A stretch of DNA of 64,000 nt from the human T2T-CHM13v2.0 reference genome, Homo sapiens, in NCBI RefSeq assembly GCF_009914755.1, contig NC_060943.1; one strand, given 5' to 3'. Numbering within the stretch: position 1 is the first letter of the stretch; the number at the start of each line of letters is the position of its first letter. The translations under genes and the position numbers were made by a program. Positions 1 through 22,978 of the stretch are shown here, in pieces. Under the pieces are notes generated by a model. It had not been told where the DNA came from. It ran no database searches and worked only from the letters and a program-made list of their open reading frames with translations.

Positions 1-1
1 T

Positions 2-728
<727 letters not shown>

Positions 729-816
729 TAGAGACGGGCTCTTGCTATGTTGCAAAAAAAAAAAAAAAAAAGACAAAGGAAAAACATGAAGTTAGAAAAG
801 GAGACAGAGTGATTAC

Positions 817-1012
817 AGAGTTTGTCAACCTCAGCACTACTGACATTTGGGGCTGTGGTGTGGGGCCGCCCTGTGCCTGGGAGGAGGTTGAAAAGCATCC
901 ATCGTCTTCACCCACTTGGTGGCAGGAGCGCCTCTAGCTATGATGACCAAGTTGCCACGTGTCCTCTAGTGGCAGGGTAGGAATGCAGTCACCCCCAGGT
1001 GAGGACCACGGC
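817..1012 (-). mobile_element. MER20 (hAT-Charlie) DNA transposon relic
   Basis: Matches the reverse complement of the MER20 consensus as recalled (tcaacctcagcactactgacatttggggc ... cacccccaggtgaggaccac). Confidence 0.7.
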
Positions 1013-1029
1013 TCTCCCTCAAGTGTCCA

Positions 1030-1230
1030 GGGATAGCCTCTCCGAATTGGTGACATTGGAATCCAGATGTGGAGGAGGTGGGAAAAGGGCCCTGTGGATA
1101 GGTAGGGAAGAGTATTCCAGGTCGTAGGTGGAAAGGTCCCAGGGCAGGAATGTGCCCCGGGCAGCAGAAAGGCCAGTGTGCTTGAAGTGGAGGTAGAAGA
1201 GGTCTGTCGGAACCTGTTGCAGGTCACACA
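1030..1230. mobile_element. L2 LINE fragment
   Basis: ggtgacattgg...gggaagagtattccagg...aaaggtcccagggcaggaatgtgc...aggccagtgtg resembles the L2 3' region. Confidence 0.6.
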
Positions 1231-1298
1231 AATGTGCATGCCTGCCCCCATCTGAGCCATTGCTCAGAGGACCCTGTCACTTGTCACTCGATAGCTGA

Positions 1299-2545
<1,247 letters not shown>

Positions 2546-2656
2546 GAACGAGGTTATCTGGTAGCAAGCAAGGTGAGTGGCTTATCATGTCCTGCAAATC
2601 AATAAACCCCTTACAAAAAAATGACCTTGAGCAATGAGAGTTCCAACAGCGTCTAA

Positions 2657-3075
<419 letters not shown>

Positions 3076-3367
3076 TATGATGCCCTTTTATTTTTATTTT
3101 TATTTATTTATTTTCAGATGGAGTTTTGCTCTGTCACCCAGGCTGGAGAGCAGTTGGCACCATCCCAGCTCACTGCAACCTCCGCCTCCCAGGTTCAAGC
3201 CATTCTCCTGCCTCAGCCTCCTGAGTAGCTGGGATTGCAGGCATGCGCCACCACGCCTGGCTAATTTTTGTATTTTTAGTAGAGATGGGGTTTCACCATG
3301 TTGGCCAGGCTGGTCTCAAACTCCTGACCTCAGGTGATCCACCCCCCTCAGCCTTCCAAAATGCTAG

Positions 3368-4306
<939 letters not shown>

Positions 4307-4713
4307 TGACATCCAGCCCACTCTCAGGGTGGTGGGAATTAAGCTCTTTCTCCTGGAGACATCATTTGATTTTGATTTGCAGGACAACCCTTTGAGGTCA
4401 AGAAAGATTTGAGTTTGTGTGAAAGAAATGATGTGGGGCCGGGCGCGGAAGCTCACTCCTGTAATCTCAGCGCTTTGGGAGGCTGAGGCAGGAGGATCCC
4501 TTGAGTTCAGGAGTCTGGGCAATATAGTGAGACCCTCGTCTCTACAAAAAAAATGTTTAAAAGTTAGCCAGGTGTGGTGGCACTCGCCTATAATCCTAGC
4601 TACTCGGGAGGCTGAGGTGGCAGCATTGCTTGAGCCCAGGTGTTCAAAGCTACAGTTAGCTATGATTTGCCACTGCCCTCTAGCCTGTGCCACAGAGCAA
4701 GACCCTGTTCCTA

Positions 4714-5088
<375 letters not shown>

Positions 5089-5335
5089 TTAGCATGATGT
5101 CTGGTACACACGGGCAATGGTATCTTGTATCATCATCATCATCCTCTTCATTTTTTGTTATTGTCATTTAAAGTCTTTCAGCCAGTAAGCGGCAAAGCTA
5201 GCATTTAAATCATAGACGCTTGCCTCTGCAAAGCTGCAAAAACAAATAAAAATAATAATAAATCACAGACCAAGCCAGGTGTGGTGGCTTACGCCTGTAA
5301 TCCTAGCACTTTGGGAGGCCGAGGAGGGAAGATCA

Positions 5336-5638
<303 letters not shown>

Positions 5639-6212
5639 TCAGGAGGCATGAAGGGGCCAAAACACCCATGTCTCATTCCCAGCAGGCTGAGAAAAGTCCT
5701 CCCAAGGTATAACTCCCCACAGGCCTACCTGCTTTTAAAGGTATTCAAAGTCAACGTGACAGTCTGTCCCGTTTCCTCCCGTCCGTGGGACAGACGGAGG
5801 AAACAGCCTCACAGTAAGTTAAACAAACAGAACAGAGAATGAGTCATACTCCAGGTAATTAGAGAAGGTGGGTCTCCACGATAAAGTTGGGATGCTTTTC
5901 AGAGAACAGACACCACGCCAGACAGTCCTGTTCCTGGCCTTGACCTTTGAGGCTGTTTATAATTCAACCCCACCTATCCCTCCACGCTTCTCTCCCACTA
6001 CTCAGGTTCTCCGGACTCCACGGCCCAGTCACCCTGAAGTCTCATGGCTGTTCATACACGTCATACACATACGCTGTGCCTTGCTCATCCAGCGCTGTTC
6101 CTGGAACTCCCTCTCCCACCTAACTCTTACTCATCCTTTTAAGACAAAGCCCAGGCCCACTTCCTCCAGGAAGTCGGAATTAGGCTGGATAAGTGTCTGA
6201 ATGTCTCTTAGG

Positions 6213-6400
6213 CCAGTTGCTCTCAGCCAAGGAAACATCTGGAGGCATTTTTTTCAGGACCAGGGGAGCCACTGGCATCTAGGAGGTAGAGACCAGGGAT
6301 GCCGCTCAACACCCTCCAGTGCATAGGAGACCACCCCTGCCACCACCACCGAGAATTATCCAGCCCTAATTGTCGAAAGTGCCAAGCTGAGAAAACCCTG
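6213..6400 (+). mobile_element. MER20 relic
   Basis: cagttgctctcagcc...actggcatctaggaggtagagaccagggatgccgctcaac...agaattatccagccctaattgtc...ctgagaaaaccctg. Confidence 0.75.
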
Positions 6401-6552
6401 CTCTGGGCCTAAGCTCCTTGCATCTCCTTAGCTCCTAGCGCCCCTGGTCCATGCTAAAGACTCATAAATGAGGCCAGGTGTGGTGGCTCACGCCTGTAAT
6501 CCCAGCACTTTGGGAGGCTGAGGCAGGCAGATCACCTAAGGTCAGGAGTTCA

Positions 6553-6858
<306 letters not shown>

Positions 6859-6913
6859 CTATGTTTAGGGGAGGGCTGTGTCCACCTGAAGTTTCCTATA
6901 ACCAAGATAGCTA

Positions 6914-7078
<165 letters not shown>

Positions 7079-7375
7079 TTAGCCAGGCTTGGTGGTGCAT
7101 ACCTGTAATTCCAGCACTCGGGAGGCTGAGGCAGGAGGATCACTTGAACCCAGGAGGTGGAGGCTGCAGTGAGCCTAGATGGTACCACTACACTGCAGCC
7201 TGGGTGACAGAGTGAGACTCTGTCTCAAGAAAGAAAAAAAAAAAAAAAGAAAGAAAAAGAGAAAGAAAGAAATAAGGTTCAAAGGCCGGGCATGATGGCT
7301 CACACCTACAATCCTGGCATCATAGGAGGCCCAGGCGGGCAGATCACTTGAGCTCAGGAGTTCGAGACCAATCTA

Positions 7376-7792
<417 letters not shown>

Positions 7793-8483
7793 CTAGTCCA
7801 CCTGGGGACGCAACCCTCCAGCTTCTGAACTGGGGACTCTCAACAACATATTGTGCATGTTTTGAAGTGATTGGGTTTGGGGAAATCTTTTTTTCTAAAA
7901 TAGAGACTGGGTCATGCGAGGTTTCCCAGGCTGATCTCAAAGCTCCTGGACTCAAGTGATCCTCCCTCCTCAGACTCCCAAAGTGTTAGGATTACAGGCA
8001 TGAGCCGTCTTGCCTGGCCATGGGGAGATCTTCTAGGCCTGGCTGACCAGCCAACCTTGGTGAGAGCTGTTCTGCTCGACTCCTGGTTACTGTTCAACTG
8101 CCTCCCCTGTGGCAGGACTTGGATTAGACAGGCAACCTCAAGACTGGGGTGTCTGATGGCAATTGAGAGGTTGCTGGTGCTGGGGGAAGCATCTGGCCTA
8201 TCCACATCTGCCAAATAGCACCTGTGTGGAAGTGGATAGGGGAGGGTATGGTATGTGTTTCAGACTCTGAGCACCTGTTTGAGGGTATCTGACAGCATCT
8301 GTATTGGGGTTATCTAGTATGTGTTTGGGGGTATCTGCTGGACCTATGTGGAGTGTCTGACATATTTGGGGGTTACCTGGAAGCCTGTTTTGGGTATCTG
8401 ATGGCACCTGCCTGGGTGCCTGTGTTTAGGGGATCTGATGGTATCTATGTTGGGGTGTCTGAGACCACTGGAGAGGTATATGA

Positions 8484-8834
<351 letters not shown>

Positions 8835-9029
8835 TGAAGTGATCCCCCCACCACTCCCTGATGCTGCTTCTTTTTTCTCAGGTGACAGACCCTGCCCTCT
8901 CCATTTCTTGGACTCTCCCCGCTAGGACTCCCCACCACTGGGAGTGCCCCCCTTAGGTACTTCCAATCCTAACGAGCCCGTAGGAGCCCACTGACAACCC
9001 CTCCAGGCATCCGTTGATTCTTCCAAAAC

Positions 9030-9340
9030 ACCCCCAGCTCCACTGTCCTCCCTTGGGGTCCCCTTAACCCCGCTATCCTCCCTCGGGGTCCCCCAACTCC
9101 GCTGTCCTCCCTCGGGGTCCCCCCAACCCCGCTGTCCTCCCTTGGGGTCCCCCAACCCCGCTGTCCTCCCTCAGGGTCCCCCTAACTGTGCTGTACCCCC
9201 CTTGAGATTCTCCAAACCGCTGTCCTCCTCAGGACTCCCTCCCCAGCCGCGCTAATCACCCAGGCTTCCGTTAACCCCACAAAACGCCCACCTAACCCTG
9301 CTGCTCTCCCTCTGGATCCCCGCAACCCAGCTGTCCCCTC
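9030..9340. repeat. GC-rich minisatellite, ~29-30 bp unit (CCCCAACCCCGCTGTCCTCCCTCGGGGTC)
   Basis: About 5-6 well-conserved units at 9030-9200, degenerating towards 9340. Confidence 0.85.
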
Positions 9341-9399
9341 AGAGCCCCCGGCCCTACTGACAGCCAGGCTCGCATTGCTCTCCTTCAAAAAGCCCCCCA

Positions 9400-10050
9400 A
9401 CCCCGCTGACCCGCCCCTCAAAAGTCGCCCTCACCCTCGCCGCGAGCACCCTCCCACTTCGGTGCCCGCGCCCCTCTCAAGGCCGAGCCGACGCCCCCTC
9501 ACCACGGCTCGGGGAGCAGCAGCCCCAGGTTCCCGGGAGCGCCCCGCCCTCGAGGGCACGCCTCCTTCCGGGTCACGCCCTCTGCCCCGCCTCCGAGGCG
9601 GGATCGCGCATGCGCTGCTCTCCTCGCGCGGCTTCCCGCTTCCGGCTCCCAGCTGCTAGCTACTGTGGATCTGGGGGGGCCGGACGGAGGCATCGGAGGC
9701 GGCTGCGAGAGTGGCAGAGGAGCTGGCGGAGAGCGGCCTGCGGGCGATCGGGCCGAGGTGAGGACGGCGGCGGGGCGGTCCCGAGGAAAACGGGGCTCAG
9801 GAGGGGGCCCTCGGTCTCTTCAGGGGGTGGCCTGGGGCGCGGGACCCCCGGGGCTGCCTCGGGCCTCCCGCCGGCTCCTGGGGGACTTCTCCAGGCAGGC
9901 GAACGGGTGCTGGGGTGCAGGCTGCTCCTTCAATGCATGGAGGCTCTAGGCGGCGATTGCAGGGTGCAGAGGTGCAGACGATGCCCGCCCGCTCCGTCCG
10001 AGCCCCAGCCAGTCCTGGGGTGCTACGGCTTACTCTCCTCCAGGAGAGGA
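9400..10050. promoter_or_regulatory. ARHGEF18: CpG island / GC-rich promoter of ARHGEF18 (probably bidirectional)
   Basis: Dense CpG. GC box CCCCGCCC at 9542-9549, ETS/GABP-type CTTCCGG at 9565-9571 and 9639-9645, perfect NRF1 palindrome GCGCATGCGC at 9606-9615. No TATA box. Confidence 0.88.
9626..9757 (+). other. ARHGEF18: Alternative first (5'UTR) exon of ARHGEF18; start approximate
   Basis: Lies downstream of the NRF1/ETS motifs and ends at a consensus donor GAG|gtgagg (9757/9758). The TSS cannot be determined from sequence. Confidence 0.7.
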
Positions 10051-10349
10051 GAGGAGGGGTCACTTGGGCCCCAGCCTCTGCTCCTCATTCAGGAGCGCCC
10101 GGGGCAGGACCAGGGATGGAATGGAACCCACCACAATACCCAGCACCGTCGTATTTCAGGCCTCCCGGGAGAACCCTCACACCCCGGAGCAGACAGCCCT
10201 CCCTGGCAGGGAGCGTTTGGGTGCAAAACCGTGAGAACTATCTGTGCCATGGGTTTTAGTTTCTTGTATAAGAACTCAGTTGGTGCTTTCATTGCGGACG
10301 GGAACGAGAAGCTTTCCCCTGGTCCTTACATGTTTCGTTTTGTTTTACG

Positions 10350-10631
10350 TTTTTAAATTTCAACTTTTATTTGAGATTGAGGGGGTACATGTACAGGTTT
10401 GTTACCTGGATATATTGCGTGATGCTGAGGTTTGGGGTGTGACTGATCTCGTCACCCAGGTACTGAGCATAGTACTCAATAGTTAGTTTCAACCCTTGAC
10501 CTCCTCCTTCCCTTCCCGCTCTAGTAGAGCCCAGTTTCTGTTGTCTTCTTGGTGTCCATGAGTACCCAAGGTTTAGCTCCACTTACAAGTGGGAAAGTGC
10601 AGTATTTGGTTTTCTTTTCCTGCGTTAATTC
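10350..10631 (-). mobile_element. L1PA/L1PB-type LINE-1 3' end
   Basis: ggggtacatgtacaggtttgttac...tttagctccacttacaagtg...gtatttggttttc is a typical antisense L1 3'UTR. Confidence 0.85.
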
Positions 10632-10946
10632 TACTAGCACTTGAGTGTTTTGCTGTGGCTATCTGCCCCTTATCTCTTGCTCTGTTGAGATTAAAGCCTG
10701 GACCACAGGATTAAAAAACATTCTTAAAGTTTTACCACGGAAGCGAAGCGGCCAACACACCTTTTCCCCTTTGCCTTGTTTTCGCGGAGATGAAGCTCCA
10801 GCCAGTAGCTTTGAAGGGCCCCATTCTCTTCCCATTGACCAGAGAGAGAGTTCAGGACAGTATAGACAGCCCAGTGGCCAAGGGATGAGTTTTGCAGGTG
10901 TCTGAGTGAATGATTAATCCTCCAGCTGTAAGAGGTGTCAGGAGAG

Positions 10947-11440
<494 letters not shown>

Positions 11441-11958
11441 TACACCCTTTGCATATGCGAATGCTCCCAGGCTTGGATGTTTAGGTTAACATTCCAAATT
11501 ATAAAGAGTTTGGAAAATTTGAGCATCTCGGATGTTGTTTGGACCGAGTCAGGGTTTACGCTTTATCAGTAGTTTCCTATTTCTGTAGGTCAGCAAGCCT
11601 TTTTGCGAAAAAAAAAAAAAAAAAAAAATGAAGATGTGTTTGTTCTAGAGCAAAAAAGAGCAAACAGCTGGCAGGCATAATACATTTCATTTTTGTAAAC
11701 GTTACTTTGTTTTGGTTTTGTATAGCTTATTTAGTTTTTGTTTTCTTCTGAAATTAGTATGTGATTTTACTTAAAATTTTTTTTTTCTTTTTAGAGACAG
11801 GGTCTCACTCTGTTGCCCAGACTGGAGTGCAATAGCACAATCATAGCTCACTACAGCCTCGAACTCCTGGGCTCAAATAATCCTCCTGCCACAAACTCCC
11901 AAGTAGCTGGGACTACAGACACGCGCTTCCATGTCTGGCTAATTTTTAAAAATTTTTT

Positions 11959-12344
<386 letters not shown>

Positions 12345-12396
12345 CTAGGATTACAGGCGTGAGCTGCCACAGCCTGTGGTTTTTGTTTTTGTTTTT

Positions 12397-12759
<363 letters not shown>

Positions 12760-12908
12760 TAGTAGAGGCGGGGTTTCGCCATGTTGGCCAGGCTGATGTC
12801 GAACTCCTGACCTCAGGTAATATCCCCTCCTTGGCCTCCAAGAGAGCTGAGATTACATGCATGAGCCACCACGCCCGGTCATATTTCATTTTTAAATGGC
12901 ATACCTTA

Positions 12909-13368
<460 letters not shown>

Positions 13369-14449
13369 TTACGGCTTCAAGGCCATTGCCCTTTGTGGGC
13401 CAGGGCCGTGGTGACTGGCTGTGCCTCCCTGGGTGTTTACCTAGCACATGTTTAACATAGCTCAGATCGTGTGTCAAGATCTCCCTCATTCTCACTCATC
13501 CTGGGTCATGTTTCTATCTCTTCAAACTCTATGACTTACAAAACATTTTTGCTGCCACCTCTCTGAAAATCATTTAAAAGCCCAGAGACCTTATATGAAG
13601 TCCAGCCAATCGCTGTTTCTTTGTTATTTGTTAGGTAAACTTTACTTTCCCCCTGAGACGGTCAAGAACTACTGTGTTTGAAAACCCTCTCTCTAGGTGC
13701 AAAACAGCAGCAGTGGAAGCCTCGCAGCTGCCTGGAGGAATTTTTTGAGGGGAGGATTGTGGCTGACTGGGTGAGGGAGGGAAACTGGGTAAAATAATGT
13801 CCTCCGAGAGCATTCGGTGACAGCAGTTGTTCTCATTTTTGTGATGCAAATTAAGTTGTATGTGAACTAAATTAAATTTGCTTGCTTCTCTGCTTTTGTC
13901 AGAGATAGATTCATAGTTTCAACTGAGTATAGAGTTCTAGTCTGATTATGTTCAATATGTTCAAAGCAGTAGATACACTAATGTTTTTTTTTCCTTCTTT
14001 TTTTTTTTTGAGACAGAGTTTTGCTCTGTGCCCCAGCCTGGAGTGCAGTGGCGCGATCTTGGCCCACTGCAAGCTCCACCTCCGGGTTCACGCCATTCTC
14101 CTGCCTCAGCCTACCGAGTAGCTGGGACTACAGGTGCCTGCCACCACGCCTGGCTAATTTTTTGTATTTTTAGTAGAGATTGGGTTTCACCGTGTTAGCC
14201 AGGATGGTCTCGATTTCCTGACCTCGTGATCCGCCCACTTCGCCTCCCAAAGTGCTGGGATTACAGGCGTGAGCCACCACGCCTTTTTTTTTTTTTTTTG
14301 AGACAGAGTTTCGCTCTTATCACCTGGGCTGGAGAGAAGTGGTACGATCACAGCTCACTACAGCCTCGACCTCCTAGGCTCAAGCAATCCTCCCACTTCA
14401 GCCTCCCAAGGAGCTAGGACTATAGGTGCGTACCACCGCGCCCAATTAA

Positions 14450-14623
<174 letters not shown>

Positions 14624-15754
14624 TAAAGGTTTCACTAACAGTACACGTTTAACACATTGTGGATGGTGGATGGTTACATTTTTAATTCACGTCACTTTTT
14701 TAATACAGCAGCTTTATTGAAATATAATTAGCACAGCATAAAATTCACCTTTTAAAAGTGTACCATTTGGTGTGTTTTAGGATATTCACAGAGTTAAGCA
14801 ACAGTCATCAGTATTTAATTCCAGGACATCTTATTATTTTTTTAAAAAAACAGGGTCTTGCTGTGTTGTCCAGGCTAAATGCAAACTCCTGGGTTAAAGT
14901 GTTCCTCCTGCCTTAGCCTCCTGAGTAGCTGGGACTACAAGCATCAGCCACCATACCTGGCTCAGTTCATCATTCTTATGGGTGGGTTTCAGGAGGAGAG
15001 AAAGTGAAAAGAGGGAGTTGGTCTGGAGAAAGTCTCAGCTCAAAAATGAAAACAAAAATTGGCCGGGCACAGCAGCTCACACCTGTAATCCCAGTACTTT
15101 GGAAGGCTGAGGCAGGAGGACTACTTCAGGCCAGGAGTTCAAGACCAGCCTGGATAGCATAGCAAGAATCCTATCTCTACAAAAAATTGAAAAATTGGCA
15201 AGGTGTGATGGCTCACACCTCTGGCCCCAGCTACTTGGGAGGCTGGAATGGAAGGATTGCTTGAGCCTTGGGAGGTCAAGGCTGCAGAGAGCTGTGATTA
15301 CACCACTGCACTCTAGCCTTGGCAACAGAGCAAGACCCTATCTCTAAATAAATAAATATTTATAAATGAAAAGAGGGAGTCCTGAGCAGGTGCTCTCTCA
15401 TTGCAGTGTGGGATGGAAGGAGGGGAGGACCATGTCAGATTACTTGGCAGGAATCTAGCATCATCTTGCATACAGGGACATCCCAGTTACACTCTGTGTA
15501 GGGATACCTCTAATTTGCTGACGTTTCATTTGAAGAGCAAAATTGAATTTAGAAACCATAGTAAGTTGGGAAGTTATCCACAATGGGGATTACTGGACTC
15601 ATTAGTTCCCTTACGGGGGTGAAATGGATAGTGACGGACCAGGTAGAATGTAGAGCAAAGAATTTCAGCATCCTTGGGCGCTGGAGGCAGCAAGGGATCA
15701 GCTCTGTAGCGCTGACAATGCCAGGGTGTGGTGGCCAGTGGTGGGTCCGTGTGA

Positions 15755-16099
<345 letters not shown>

Positions 16100-16109
16100 T
16101 AAGAGAGAT

Positions 16110-17070
16110 GGGAAGATGGAAAAATTGGAACCCTCATACACTGCTGGTGGGAATATAGGTTGGTGTAGCTGCCTTGGGAAACAGGCAGTTCCTCCAAAGC
16201 TTAAACCTTGAGTTAACCCAGCAATTCTGTTCCTCTGTAGGTTCCTAAGGCAAATGAAAACATAGGTCTACACAAACACTTGCAGAGGAATGTTCATAGT
16301 AGCATTATTCCAAGTAGCCAGAAAGCAGAGACAACCTAAATGTTCATCAGCTGAGGAACGGATACATAAAATGTGGTCCCGCCATACTGTGGAATATTAC
16401 TTGGCCATGAAAAAGAAGTTCCGATACAGAGATGGACCTGGAAAAAACTTGCTCAGTGAAAGAAGCCAGTCCCCAAAGGCCACCTGCTGTATGATTCCAT
16501 TTATATGAAATGTATACAACAGGCAAATCCACAAGGACAGAAAGTGGATTAGTGGTTGCCACAGGCTGGGGGTAGTGGAGTGGGGAGTAATGGCCAAGGT
16601 AATGGGGTTTCTTTTTGAGGTGATGAAGGCATTCTAAAATTGACTGTAGGCTGGGCGCAGTGGCTCATGCCTGTAATCCCAGCACTTTGGGAGGCCAAGA
16701 CGGGCAGATCACAACGTCAGGAGTTCGAGACCAGCCTGGCCAACATGGTGAAGCCCAATCTCTACTAAAAATACAAAAATTAGCCAGGTGTGGTGGTGCG
16801 TGCCTGTAGACCCAGCTCCTCCGGAGGCTGAGGCATGAGAATTGCCTGAACCCCAGAGACGGAGGTTGCAGTGAGCCGAGATCCTGCCACTGCACTTCAG
16901 CCTGGGCAACTGAGCGAGACTCTGTCTCAAAAAATAAAATGAATAAATACATAAAATAGATTGTGATGACAGATGCAGAACTCTGTGAACATACTAAGAA
17001 CCATTGAATTGGATGCTGTCAAAGGGTGAGTTGTGTGGTATGATAATTCTATCTCAATAAAGCAGTTACA
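16110..17070 (+). mobile_element. Old L1M (L1MB/L1ME-like) 3' region, interrupted by an Alu at ~16649-16955
   Basis: ggaaccctcatacactgctggtgggaat...atgttcatagtagcattattc...atgattccatttatatgaaatgt...tatctcaataaagc. Confidence 0.85.
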
Positions 17071-17449
17071 AAGAGAGGAAGAGATGGAATAAGAACTGGA
17101 AGCACAGTGGCAATGGGACAGAATTTTAAGGAATGGTTTGAGACTGAGTGGCAGGAAGACTGGGGGGTAAAGCTAAGAGAACCCTAAAGGAAAGGGGACC
17201 AGCTTGCCCCGTAAGTGGTGTGGGGCTAGGTTAATAGATTGCCTAATGCCCAGGAGATGTCAGTGTGCCCATGCGCTGGTCCCTGCCATGTAGGACCACG
17301 TAGGAGAAGGTTACAAAGTGTGTCTGTACCATCCAGTGTGACAAAGTGAGAGCCTCGGAGCAGGTATAGCCCAGGCATGACCCAGAAAGCCCTCTTGACC
17401 AGCTGCTGCTGGCCAAGATAATTATATGATCACAATTTATGTTATATTA

Positions 17450-18030
17450 TAGCAAATTTAAAATTGGGATAATGTGATTCACATACCACAGAACTCACCC
17501 TTTTACAGTGTACAATTCAATGTGTTTGTTTTGTCTTTTCTGAGACAGAATCTCACTCTGTCACCCAGGCTAGAGTACAGTGGCGCGATCTCGGCTCACT
17601 GTAACCTCCGCCTCCTGGGTTCAAGCAATTCTCTTGCCTCAGCCTCCCAAGTAGCTGGGGCTACAGGTGCAGGCCTCCTGACCTCAAGCAATCCGCCCGC
17701 CTTGGCCTCCCAAAGTGGTGGGATTACAGGCGTGAGCCCACCACACCCGGCCAAATCAGTGATTTTTACTATGTTCACAGAGTGGTGCAGCTGTCACTAC
17801 TATAATTTCAGAACATTGTCATCACCCACAAGAAAAGCTCACACCCATAGCTTTCACTGCCCATTCCCCCATCCTCCCAGCCCCCAGCAGCCACGACCCT
17901 ACTTTCTGTCTCTAGATCTGTCTATTCTAGACTTTTCATATCAGTGGAATCTTACAGTATACTTGATGTATTAATGTGACTTCTTTTACTTAGCATAACG
18001 ATTGCAAGGTTCATTTACGTTGTTGCCTAA
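17450..18030 (-). mobile_element. Old L1M 3' fragment, split by an Alu
   Basis: attcacatacc...cccttttacagtgtacaattcaatg...ctttctgtctctagatctgtctattctagac...cttttacttagcata. Confidence 0.75.
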
Positions 18031-18813
18031 ACTTAGCTTTTTCTTTCTTTCTTTCTTTCTTTCTTTTTTTTTTTTTTGAGACGGTCTTGCTCTGTTGCCC
18101 AGGATAGAGGAAGCACAGCTCACTGAAGCCTTGACGTCCTGGGCGCAAGCAATCCTCCCGCTTTGTCCTCCTAAGTAGCTGGCACTACAGGTGTGCGCCA
18201 CCGTGCCCGGCTAATTTTTTATTTTTTGTAGAGATGAAGCCTCGCCGTGTTGCCCAGGCTGGTCTTGAACTCCTTGGCTCAAGAGATCCTCCTGCTGGGC
18301 TCAATGACTCACACCTGTAATCCCAGCACTTTGGGAGGCCAAGGCAGGCAGATCACCTGAGGTTGGGAGTTCAAGACCTGCCTGGCCAACATGGCAAAAC
18401 CTCATGTCTACTAAAAATACAAAAATTAACCAGGCGTGGTGGCTGGTGCCTGTAATCCCAGCTACTGATGAGGCTGAGGCAGGAGAATCACTTGAACCCG
18501 GGAGGCGGCGGAGGTTGTAGTCAGACGAGATTGAGCCAGTGCATGTCAGCCTGGGCAACAGAGCGAGACTCCGTCTCAAAAAAAAAAAAAGAGATCCTCC
18601 TGCCTCAGCCTCACAGAGTGCTGGGATTAGAGGTGTGAGCCACTGCACCTGGCCTAGTTATTTGTAATCTGTAAGAAGAAATGTGAAGGAATAGTAAGGA
18701 GCACCTTGCCAGAGGCAGGTACGGGCTGCCCTGGGGCCGTTTCACTGAGTTGACCTGACCTTGTGTGTTCATTGTTGATCCCTTCCCTGTCCTGGCTCCA
18801 GGGAGCCAGTTAG

Positions 18814-19194
<381 letters not shown>

Positions 19195-19245
19195 TAGATC
19201 GTGGAGCTAATCCGACCTGAACATCCCAGTCCTGGAGTATTTTAG

Positions 19246-20072
<827 letters not shown>

Positions 20073-20103
20073 TCAGGAACCTCCTATTTCTAGCGATTTG
20101 TAA

Positions 20104-20301
<198 letters not shown>

Positions 20302-20611
20302 TAATGCTGTTTTGTAGAGATGGGGTTCCACCATATTGCCCAGGCTGGTCTTAAACTCTTGGGCTCAAGGGATCCTGCTTCAGCCTCCCAAAACACCGGG
20401 ATTCCAGGTGGGAGTCACCATTCCCAGCCTAGAACAAGTTTACAAGCTATTGGCACTCATTTCTTAGGCTCTTTACAACACAGTGATTTTCCAGTATTTT
20501 GAAGTTGAAGTAAATGTAGAAGGTCTCACTCTTTAGAACCAGTTAATTGCAGAGAGGAAAGAGGAGGTCTTCAGGAGAACACCAGATTCTTTTTGTTGTT
20601 GTTGTTATTGA

Positions 20612-20908
<297 letters not shown>

Positions 20909-21285
20909 TGAAAAGCTTCTAAATCTGAATTCTCTGTGAATATAATTTGCCAAAACGTATGAGTAGGAATCTGATATTACAGTCTGTCAAATGTCTGGCC
21001 GTGTGCCTATACTCCATATAATCTTTTCCTTCCCCTGCATTCAGATACCACCTTCATCAAACACAAAAGTGTTATAGATTCAGAGAGGGCAAAAAACAAA
21101 GCTGTACCAGCTGCCTTCCCCTGCACCTAGCTTACGAGCTGACCTTGAGACACAGGATATGTTAAAATATATTCAAGCTCACACTGTTGCAGTTCTAAAA
21201 GGAATGCTAATGAAGGTCTTTGCAAGGTTCTGGAATTTTCCTAGCGTAGGAGCTGGTTGCTGACTTATATTAATAGTTATAGCCA

Positions 21286-21637
<352 letters not shown>

Positions 21638-21640
21638 TCA

Positions 21641-22086
<446 letters not shown>

Positions 22087-22196
22087 TCAGGGATAGAGCA
22101 TTGGGAGTTCCCAGACTGCATGAGCCCAGCTGGTTGCATTTGAATTCTTGGAAATAGGCTCTCCCTTCCAGAACAAACCAATTAGATATAGTAGGC

Positions 22197-22978
<782 letters not shown>

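Noticed and set aside
9610-10356. 248-aa ORF over the CpG island as a standalone gene
   Set aside because: GC-rich sequence is stop-poor, the ORF runs through a consensus splice donor into intron and L1 sequence, and it has no recognisable domain. Only the part up to 9757 is kept as a hypothesis.
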